Origin: Acaryochloris marina MBIC11017
GTDB lineage: Bacteria; Cyanobacteriota; Cyanobacteriia; Thermosynechococcales; Thermosynechococcaceae
DNA length: 32,000 nucleotides
Direction: 5' to 3'
NCBI RefSeq assembly: GCF_000018105.1
Contig: NC_009925.1
Coordinates: 3,030,001-3,062,000 of the forward strand
Both the position numbers and the translations under genes were made by a program. This document shows, piece by piece, positions 25,645-32,000 of this stretch. Within the stretch, counting starts at the first letter, position 1. Every line of letters starts with the position of its first letter. The notes beneath the pieces are model-generated. The model saw nothing but the letters and a program-made list of their open reading frames with translations, did no database searches and was not told where the DNA came from.

Positions 25645-26600
25645 GCTTGGAACCCCTTTCTTAACTGATCTTCATCTAAATTGCGGCCAATAAACACCAA
25701 CTCATTCTTGCGGGTTTCGCTAGCCTTCCAAGGGCGATCTGCACGGCCATCAAACAACATATGGACCCCCTGAAACACAAATCGCTGATCTTCTCCGGCA
25801 ATATTCAAAATTCCCTTCATCCGAAAGATATCAGGCCCCTTGGTTTGCAACAGATTGCCTAGCCAACCGTTGAGCCGTTCGCCATCAATCTCCCCCGATT
25901 CTGTTAAGGCCACCGACCCTACGGTTTCGTCATGCTCATGGGCATCTTCTCCCAAAAACTCAGGGTCGATCTCTAAAGCTCGGTCTAGATCAAAGGCACT
26001 CACACCTAAGATGGACTCCATCTCCACTGCCGCATCCTGAGTGCGATAAATTTTGGTCATGGCATTCATGGACCGGATTCGATTTTCCAGATCCGCCAAA
26101 TCCGCTTCGCTGACTAAATCGGTTTTATTGAGTAACACCACATCCGCAAAAGCGATTTGCTCCTGGGCTTCATCCGCATCCCAATGCTGGTGGATATGCT
26201 TGGCATCCACGACCGTCACTATCGCATCCAGATTGAGCTGGGTCTGCATATCTTCATCCACAAAGAAGGTCTGGATCACCGGAGCTGGATCCGCTAGCCC
26301 TGTGGTCTCAATCACCATATGGTCGAACTTATCTCGTCGTCGCATCAAGTTGCCAATAATCCGAATCAGATCGCCTCGCACGGTGCAACAGATGCAGCCA
26401 TTGTTCATTTCAAAGATTTCTTCATCGGCATCGATCACCAGCTGATTATCAATGCCCACCTCACCAAATTCATTGACAATCACGGCTACTTTTTTGCCAT
26501 GTTCGTGGGTGAGAATGCGGTTGAGTAAGGTTGTTTTTCCGGCTCCCAGATAGCCCGTTAGAACGGTGACAGGGACGGTATCTATTGCAGCGGTAACCAT
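25632..26600 (-). CDS. COG0523 (CobW/ZigA/Zng1-type) metallochaperone GTPase, no His-rich tract
   Basis: P-loop GYLGAGKTTLLN, CICCT and NKTDL, plus the C-terminal CobW_C-like block FRMKGILNIAGEDQRFVFQGVH. A Zur-like box lies upstream. Confidence 0.9.
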   Translation of the reverse strand: MVTAAIDTVPVTVLTGYLGAGKTTLLNRILTHEHGKKVAVIVNEFGEVGIDNQLVIDADEEIFEMNNGCICCTVRGDLIRIIGNLMRRRDKFDHMVIETTGLADPAPVIQTFFVDEDMQTQLNLDAIVTVVDAKHIHQHWDADEAQEQIAFADVVLLNKTDLVSEADLADLENRIRSMNAMTKIYRTQDAAVEMESILGVSAFDLDRALEIDPEFLGEDAHEHDETVGSVALTESGEIDGERLNGWLGNLLQTKGPDIFRMKGILNIAGEDQRFVFQGVHMLFDGRADRPWKASETRKNELVFIGRNLDEDQLRKGFQACLV

Positions 26601-26628
26601 GACGATGACCTCATCGGAGAATGGTTGA

Positions 26629-26643
26629 GATAACGATTATCAT
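26629..26643. promoter_or_regulatory. Zur/Fur-type operator upstream of the COG0523-WD40 operon
   Basis: The minus strand reads ATGATAATCGTTATC. The window offset by one base reads TGATAATCGTTATCT and matches TGATAATnATTATCA at all but two positions. It lies about 30 nt upstream of the start at 26600. Confidence 0.6.
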
Positions 26644-26714
26644 TCTACAAATATTTCGACGTCAGTTTGGCGACTTTACCTTAGCTTTAGCTTTTCAAGG
26701 CGATGGGATAGGTT

Positions 26715-26732
26715 CTGGATTTCTCACCAGCC
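26715..26732. repeat. 18-nt sequence whose exact reverse complement occurs at 30754-30771
   Basis: CTGGATTTCTCACCAGCC here and GGCTGGTGAGAAATCCAG at 30754-30771. Confidence 0.7.
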
Positions 26733-26777
26733 GATGCCAACAAACTGCATGAGTGAGTAACATCAGTTGATTTAATC

Positions 26778-27027
26778 GCAGATCAGTAGCCGTTTTTGAC
26801 TCACCCAGTCCATCTGTTCTGTGTTGATGATTCTCTACCTTGATTCAGTGAATGATCGCAATTGGGGTGGAAGTGAGGGTGTTATGCGACACAATATCGG
26901 AATAACCCTTTATTTTGGAGAATTCTCCAACATCTGGCCTATAATCCACTGAGAGAAGGTGTTATACGATAGGTGGTACCTAGCATTACTTATAGATGTG
27001 TTATGCGATAGCCTGACGTATCCATAG
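26778..27027 (+). repeat. direct repeat copy L (about 250 bp) upstream of the AbiH-like gene
   Basis: It aligns by eye with 28354-28551, for example GTAGCCGTTtTTGACTCACC, TGTGTTGATGAT.CTCTACCTTG.TTCAGTGA, CAATTGGGG, CTGGC.TATAATCC and ATAGAT.TGTTAT.CGA. L carries extra segments of about 40 and 13 nt. Confidence 0.7.
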
Positions 27028-27133
27028 TTATGTACAAGAACCTTCATCGAAAATGATTGAGAAAGATCATTGTGTAAACTCTTCGAGACCCTCAATTGCT
27101 CAGTCAATTGAACTACAGCATAGATAAAAATAT

Positions 27134-28114
27134 ATGAATGTTGTTTTTATTTTGGGAAATGGATTTGATCTTAACCTGGGATTAAACACCAGCTACTCCG
27201 ATTTTTACAACTACTATAAAAAACAAGTTTCATCAAACGAAGTAATCAAAGAGTTAAAGGAAAATATAGATTCAAATACAGAAAACTGGTCTGATCTAGA
27301 GCTTCAATTGGGGCGCTATACCTCAAGACTAAAAGATCAAAATGACTTCGATATTTTCTATTTCGATATAGTAGACAATCTAAGAGACTATCTTGATCTT
27401 GAAGAAGATAGTTTTGACTACTCTGCATTTGACAAGTCCGTATTGTTGAGAGATCTTGTTGAGCCTGAAAGAGTTTTATCTCAGAGAGAAAGAAATAAAC
27501 TAACAGATTGGTATCGAAAATTCGGAGGTAATATAAACACTAACATTTTGACATTTAATTATACTCAAACAATTGAAAAAATACTTGGCAAAAATGCCAC
27601 TAGTCAGCCGATTGGCACAAATAATAAAGGCGTACAAGTTTTACTAAATAGTATTGACCACATACATGGATATCTTGAAGATGGTCTCGTACTAGGAGTA
27701 AATGATGAGGAACAAATTGAAAATGAAAAATTACGTCTGTCTCAGGAGGTTGTCGAGGCCATTGTTAAGCCCATGCACAATCAAGAGTTAGGGCATACGA
27801 GAGATGATCGCTGCATGCAAGTTATATCTGCAGCGAACCTAATATTTGTGTTTGGCTGTTCGATTGGTAAATCTGATCAGATGTGGTGGGAAAAAGTTGG
27901 CAGCACACTAGGGGAATCTTGTCGGCTAGTTATATTTCATCGAGGTAGTAATGTGAATAGCCAGAATGATATCCTGTATGCTCGTGAGAATCGTAAGATA
28001 ATAAATCGATTTTTATCACTAACGAACTTGGATGAAGAAAAAAGGGACATTGCAAAGCAGTATATTACCGCTGCTGTGACTAAAGACCTGTTCAAGCTTG
28101 TCAAAAGTACATAA
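27134..28114 (+). CDS. AbiH-like abortive-infection (phage defence) protein
   Basis: The N-terminus MNVVFILGNGFDLNLGLNTSYSDFYNYY matches the hallmark GNGFDL..GL.TSY.DF start of the AbiH family. The 326-aa length fits. The gene is strongly AT-rich with no HIP1 sites, unlike the flanking DNA. Confidence 0.72.
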   Translation: MNVVFILGNGFDLNLGLNTSYSDFYNYYKKQVSSNEVIKELKENIDSNTENWSDLELQLGRYTSRLKDQNDFDIFYFDIVDNLRDYLDLEEDSFDYSAFDKSVLLRDLVEPERVLSQRERNKLTDWYRKFGGNINTNILTFNYTQTIEKILGKNATSQPIGTNNKGVQVLLNSIDHIHGYLEDGLVLGVNDEEQIENEKLRLSQEVVEAIVKPMHNQELGHTRDDRCMQVISAANLIFVFGCSIGKSDQMWWEKVGSTLGESCRLVIFHRGSNVNSQNDILYARENRKIINRFLSLTNLDEEKRDIAKQYITAAVTKDLFKLVKST

Positions 28115-28288
28115 TCTTGCCACGCAAGGGATACTCAAAATTCCCTTCAAGTTGTGTATTTTATAATTCTGCTCGTACCCCTGATGAATGACAGTTAAAT
28201 TTTAGTTCGTAAGAAATTTTGCCTTTCTTTGTGCTGAAGAATTGGGAAGCATGCTTGTGCTTGTTATCTTAAAAGTACAATTAAATGC

Positions 28289-28348
28289 GTGAAGATTGTC
28301 TCAGACACTAATATTTTCGTGGCCGTTGCGCGTGAAGAAGAAGGTTAA
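28289..28348 (+). pseudogene. possible remnant of a PIN-domain toxin N-terminus
   Basis: The GTG-initiated 19-codon ORF VKIVSDTNIFVAVAREEEG* resembles the (I/V)xDTN(V/I)(L/F)V N-terminal acidic motif of PIN toxins. It stops 5 nt before repeat copy R. Confidence 0.25.
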
Positions 28349-28353
28349 CTTAA

Positions 28354-28551
28354 GCGTAGATCGGTAGCCGTTGTTGACTCACCTACTCAATCTATTTTGT
28401 GTTGATGATCCTCTACCTTGCTTCAGTGAGTTGTCTCAATTGGGGCAGAAGTGAAGTTATTATCCGATACCTGGCATATAATCCGCTGAAATAGGGTTTT
28501 ATACGTAAATATTATTCATAGATATGTTATACGACTGATGTATACTCACAG
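28354..28551 (+). repeat. direct repeat copy R (about 200 bp) downstream of the AbiH-like gene
   Basis: See copy L. The orientation is the same. Confidence 0.7.
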
Positions 28552-28595
28552 TCCGGCTGCTACTGCTAATTGCTTGATAAAAGCTAAGCGAAAGG

Positions 28596-29321
28596 TTACA
28601 GGTGAGCGTTGGATTGAGGTTCTTCCTCACGCACACTACAAGTTTGTGTCGCAAAAAGTTGTGCAACCATTTTTGTCCGCGACGAAACTTTGAGCTTACG
28701 AAACATTCGCTTTAGAGCCTGTTTGACAGAATTTTCGGTGATCCAAAGTTCCTTGCCAATTTCTGCATTGGTTCGTCCTAAAGCAACTAAATTGGCGATC
28801 TCCAACTCACGCGGCGTTAACCGTTTGGTGCTCAACAATGGGTTCTGAGAGTTCATGGTGCTTTGTTGCGATCGCACTGTAGTCGTCCAGGTAGACAGGT
28901 GCAAACAAACCGCACTTAAATCAGCTAAATCCTGATGATCAAAGGCTGGCATCGATTTTTCGCGAGTACAACCCACTGCACCGACTAACTGACCGCAGTT
29001 AACGATCGGTCCTGCCATCACATGCCAATGATCCGGTCGAGGACAGATCAATGTCCAAGCTTTGGGTGTTGTCACTAATCCTTCATGGACAGGGGTATGG
29101 CATTCCGCAAGGTAGCGCGCCAGCGGATTGTGTTCCAGGGAGAGAACGATGTTTAGAATGCCCTGAAACTTAGGCTCCGAGAGAAGCTGGTCAAAGAAAA
29201 AGATCCCTGATCGCTTCGCTGTAAAGTACTCACCCACCTTCGGCGCTAGGTGCGATCGCAAGTCATCCTCATGCTTACACTGGTGAGTTTCTTCAAATAA
29301 AAGCTTCAAAGAAAGAGTCAT
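28596..29321 (-). CDS. LuxR-family transcriptional regulator with an N-terminal GAF-like sensor domain
   Basis: C-terminal LuxR HTH: LTPRELEIANLVALGRTNAEIGKELWITENSVKQALKRMFRKLKVSSR. The N-terminal ~160 aa is globular and GAF-like. Confidence 0.85.
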   Translation of the reverse strand: MTLSLKLLFEETHQCKHEDDLRSHLAPKVGEYFTAKRSGIFFFDQLLSEPKFQGILNIVLSLEHNPLARYLAECHTPVHEGLVTTPKAWTLICPRPDHWHVMAGPIVNCGQLVGAVGCTREKSMPAFDHQDLADLSAVCLHLSTWTTTVRSQQSTMNSQNPLLSTKRLTPRELEIANLVALGRTNAEIGKELWITENSVKQALKRMFRKLKVSSRTKMVAQLFATQTCSVREEEPQSNAHL

Positions 29322-29420
29322 GGTCGTGAAAAGAGTACCCGATCGAGGACTAGGCGCACTGGGCCGTTATTCATAGCATAGGGATAGATTCAACAACGAT
29401 CAAAATAAGGAAATTAATTC

Positions 29421-30098
29421 ATGCCTGCCCCACAAAAGCACGTCATTGGCTTGGTCTTTTATCCTGGCATGACCTCACTAGACATGGTGGGCCCCCATCA
29501 AGTTTTCGGTGCACTACCCGGTGTCGAACTGCATCGGATTTGGAAAACGCTAGCTCCAATTACCTGCGATGACGGCTTAGTGATCGTGCCAGATACCACA
29601 TTTTCAACTTGTCCACCTTTGGATGTTATTTGTGTCGGCGGCGGTTTAGAACAGCGGGCAGTCGTAGATGATCCAGAAGTGCTGGACTTTTTCCATAAAC
29701 AAGGCAAAACGGCGCGGTTTATTACCTCTGTCTGTAGTGGGGCAGAGTTTCTAGCAAAAGCAGGGTTGCTAGAGGGCTATCGAGCAGCGACCCATTGGGG
29801 CATGCGCGAACAACTAATGACAAATCAGGGCGTTGAGATTGTAAACGAGCGTGTTGTTGTCGATCGCAATCGCATCACAGGGGGAGGCGTGACGGCCGGG
29901 ATAGATTTTGGTCTAACGGTTGCAAGTATCCTGTGCGGCGAAGAAACCGCCAAGATGATTCAACTCTTACTGGAGTACGATCCTGCGCCTCCATTTGATG
30001 CAGGTTCACCTGAGAAAGCGGGGCCTGAGCTGGTCGAGAAAGCCATCGCACTGATGCAGCAGATGTCAAGCTTAGAATTTGCAAACCCCGTTCGCTGA
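29421..30098 (+). CDS. DJ-1/PfpI family protein (isocyanide-hydratase-like class)
   Basis: IGLVFYPGMTSLDMVGP, the nucleophile elbow ITSVCSGAEFLAKAGLL, and RITGGGVTAGIDFGL. Confidence 0.85.
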   Translation: MPAPQKHVIGLVFYPGMTSLDMVGPHQVFGALPGVELHRIWKTLAPITCDDGLVIVPDTTFSTCPPLDVICVGGGLEQRAVVDDPEVLDFFHKQGKTARFITSVCSGAEFLAKAGLLEGYRAATHWGMREQLMTNQGVEIVNERVVVDRNRITGGGVTAGIDFGLTVASILCGEETAKMIQLLLEYDPAPPFDAGSPEKAGPELVEKAIALMQQMSSLEFANPVR

Positions 30099-30144
30099 TC
30101 TGACGACAATCCCCTCTTCATCCACGTTATAGCTTCGTTAGTTT

Positions 30145-30555
30145 ATGAGCTTCTTTAAAGACTTAGTTCAGTTTTGGAACGCCATGGGTTCGCTGCCCTG
30201 GACAATCCGGGTATGGGCAATACTCTATCCACTGCCACAAGTGCTAGGTGGTCTGTATTTCATTGGCGAAACGCCAGGTTTGGTGATTTTGCTGGGTCGG
30301 GTGTTGTCCTTTGTGATTGGGAGTCAAGTTCATCGTCGCCGACCGTTCTCAAAACTCATCGGCCCCATCGGGCACGCCCATTGGCTGTTGATACTCCCTT
30401 ACCTACTGTATCTCCTGGCTACACAAACATTGGATGATGGCTTGTACTGGTTCATCGTGTATGTGTGTGTCATTGGTATGGTGAGTGCAGTCATCGATAT
30501 CCGCGATACTATTGGGTATTGTCAACGCGGCGAGTCGTTCTATAAACGAGACTAG
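30145..30555 (+). CDS. small integral membrane protein, unknown function
   Basis: 136 aa with about 4 hydrophobic segments. It follows the DJ-1 gene on the same strand. Confidence 0.5.
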   Translation: MSFFKDLVQFWNAMGSLPWTIRVWAILYPLPQVLGGLYFIGETPGLVILLGRVLSFVIGSQVHRRRPFSKLIGPIGHAHWLLILPYLLYLLATQTLDDGLYWFIVYVCVIGMVSAVIDIRDTIGYCQRGESFYKRD

Positions 30556-30753
30556 ACAATGGTTATCCCAGACTGCATCAAACAATTCTGTTGAAGCGGG
30601 TTATTGCCGGATGGCAATGCATACGAAGTCTACTGATAACCGCTCAACAGGAACGTTAGATTCCAAAGACACCGAAGCTCAACCAAAATACAGAGTGTGT
30701 TGTTTGCAAGATTCTCTGCAAACCTGCAGACGGCTATAGGCAAACTAATCTAG

Positions 30754-30771
30754 GGCTGGTGAGAAATCCAG
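30754..30771. repeat. inverted partner of the 18-mer at 26715-26732
   Basis: GGCTGGTGAGAAATCCAG is the exact reverse complement of 26715-26732. Confidence 0.7.
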
Positions 30772-30873
30772 GTGGTGGGTTACCTTGCTCTGGGGGCGTA
30801 GTCGCGATCGCCAACACTTTCCAATTAGAATCAGAGCATAGGCAACATTTGAGTCACACTGAGTAAGCTGTCT

Positions 30874-31443
30874 ATGGAAACGCTGACCATCAATGCTTCA
30901 AAAGCAGCATTAACTGAAGCGCAGTTTTACGACATTTGTCGTCAAAATGAAGGATTACGCTTTGAAATGACCGCACAGGGAGATTTAATCGTTATGCCTC
31001 CAGTGGGCGGTCTAAGTGGAAGTCGTGAATCTGATTTGAATGCAGATGTGCAGATTTGGAATCGGCGTACTGGCTTAGGTCGGGTATTTAGTTCTTCAAC
31101 GGTGTTTCAATTGCCCAATGGTGCGAAGCGATCACCGGATGTTGCCTGGGTCGAACAAAGTCGCTGGGATACCCTCTCAAGAGAAGCGCAAGAACGATTC
31201 CCACCCCTAGCTCCCGATTTTGTGATTGAGTTACGGTCTCGGACCGATGACCTAGCTGCACTACAAGCGAAAATGCAGGAATATGCAGAAAACGGCGTGC
31301 GGCTCGGTTGGCTAATCAATCCACAGGATCAGCAAGTAGAAATTTATCAACCAGGGAAAGATACAGAAGTGCGATCGCTGCCAACTCAACTGTCAGGAGA
31401 AGAGATATTACCAGGTTTTACCCTGGATTTATCGCCGTTTTAG
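30874..31443 (+). CDS. Uma2 family (DUF820) endonuclease
   Basis: FEMTAQGDLIVMPPVGG, RSPDVAWV, PDFVIELRS and GVRLGWLINPQDQQVEIY are the standard Uma2/DUF820 blocks found in cyanobacteria. Confidence 0.85.
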   Translation: METLTINASKAALTEAQFYDICRQNEGLRFEMTAQGDLIVMPPVGGLSGSRESDLNADVQIWNRRTGLGRVFSSSTVFQLPNGAKRSPDVAWVEQSRWDTLSREAQERFPPLAPDFVIELRSRTDDLAALQAKMQEYAENGVRLGWLINPQDQQVEIYQPGKDTEVRSLPTQLSGEEILPGFTLDLSPF

Positions 31444-31499
31444 GGGTTAAGAACCTTTAGCGTCTATGTTCTACTTGAGGCTTACCTAAATTCCTTTAT

Positions 31500-31895
31500 T
31501 TAGGCTAAAGCCCCCACTTCAGCGCAGTTCTGGCATAGGCCAAAGAATTCTAGGGTGTGGTAAAAGACTTGAAATTTCTGGGTTTGGGCAAGCTCTTGTT
31601 CTAACTCGTGGACTGGGCAGTTCAGCAATGGCATGGAAGTGCCACAGTTGACACAAGTCAGATGATGCCGATGAGCAGAAGCAATACTATAGACTGCTTC
31701 ACCATTCGTCAAAGTACGCGTTTGCACCTTGCCATGCTGTTGGAGAACCTTGAGGGCACGGTAAATGGTTGCCAACCCCACTCGTTGTTGCTGTTTTTTT
31801 AACTCTTGGTGCAGATCCTGAGCAGAGAACTCTTGGGGCGTGGAAAAGAGGACTTCCAACACGCGCCGCTGATGAGGGGTTAGTTTCTCTGGCAT
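31500..31895 (-). CDS. zur: Fur-family metalloregulator, most likely Zur
   Basis: LTPHQRRVLEVL...GLATIYRALKVL is the DNA-binding helix. The HRHHLTCVNCG and CQNC motifs give two CxxC pairs plus a His cluster. I prefer the ATG at 31895 because AGGAG lies upstream. The Zur assignment, rather than Fur or PerR, rests on the neighbouring COG0523 genes and Zur-type boxes. Confidence 0.75.
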   Translation of the reverse strand: MPEKLTPHQRRVLEVLFSTPQEFSAQDLHQELKKQQQRVGLATIYRALKVLQQHGKVQTRTLTNGEAVYSIASAHRHHLTCVNCGTSMPLLNCPVHELEQELAQTQKFQVFYHTLEFFGLCQNCAEVGALA

Positions 31896-31959
31896 GCTCA
31901 ACTCCTTACTGCACCTGGAATGAGAACAGTTTTTTGGCAAATCACAAGATTATCAAACA

Positions 31960-31974
31960 TGATTATCATTCTCA
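31960..31974. promoter_or_regulatory. Zur/Fur-type box upstream of the Fur-family gene
   Basis: TGATTATCATTCTCA matches TGATAATnATTATCA at 12 of 14 specified positions. A second GATTATCA half-site lies at 31948-31955. Confidence 0.5.
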
Positions 31975-32000
31975 TTTTATGATAGCAGCCGTTCTTAAAG

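Noticed and set aside
26910-27107. 65-aa minus-strand ORF inside repeat copy L.
   Set aside because: It has no RBS, and the equivalent frame is not preserved in repeat copy R, which differs by indels. The region behaves like non-coding DNA.
28203-28292. Looked for an antitoxin remnant immediately upstream of the PIN-like fragment, prompted by the GTGA start/stop overlap.
   Set aside because: The upstream frame gives FVRNFAFLCAEELGSMLVLVILKVQLNA*, which has no antitoxin-like features. Only the 19-codon PIN-like piece is reported, at low confidence.
30485-30739. 84-aa plus-strand ORF overlapping the end of the membrane-protein gene.
   Set aside because: It overlaps a better-supported gene out of frame and has no RBS and no motifs.

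Overview
This looks like a cyanobacterial chromosomal segment. The HIP1 octamer GCGATCGC occurs at least 15 times by eye, and DUF29, DUF1400 and Uma2 family genes are present. The left ~9.7 kb is mostly housekeeping or conserved genes: thiC behind a clear TPP riboswitch, a DUF1400 alpha/beta hydrolase, truB, a cell-wall amidase and a beta-propeller membrane protein. The rest is a mosaic, metal-centred accessory region. (1) Three Zur/Fur-type boxes (TGATAATnATTATCA-like) sit in front of three units: a divergent pair (alpha/beta-fold protein versus FAD oxidoreductase - SufE-like - His-rich COG0523 GTPase), a second operon (COG0523 - WD40 - small Cys protein), and a Fur-family (Zur-like) repressor gene. 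(2) An ArsR/SmtB regulator is paired with a short CDF exporter. (3) A bufferin-type RiPP operon is present: a Sec-signal DUF2282 four-Cys precursor, a DUF692 (MNIO) enzyme and a DUF2063 partner. It lacks the usual DoxX gene and ends in a lower-GC 149-aa ORF that abuts an IS630 element. (4) A secreted NTF2-like protein ending in an HHSS motif is a candidate metal-free iota-class carbonic anhydrase; it is transcribed divergently from the RiPP precursor. (5) An AT-rich AbiH-like abortive-infection gene is bracketed by two ~200-250 bp direct repeats. (6) Two IS elements lie side by side: an intact IS4-family element with a target duplication, and an IS630-family element with a split transposase. 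A TetR module with a clear operator, a LuxR/DJ-1 divergent pair, and Uma2 and DUF29 genes are also present. I saw no rRNA, tRNA or CRISPR array. All family assignments come from motif recognition by eye, not from database searches.
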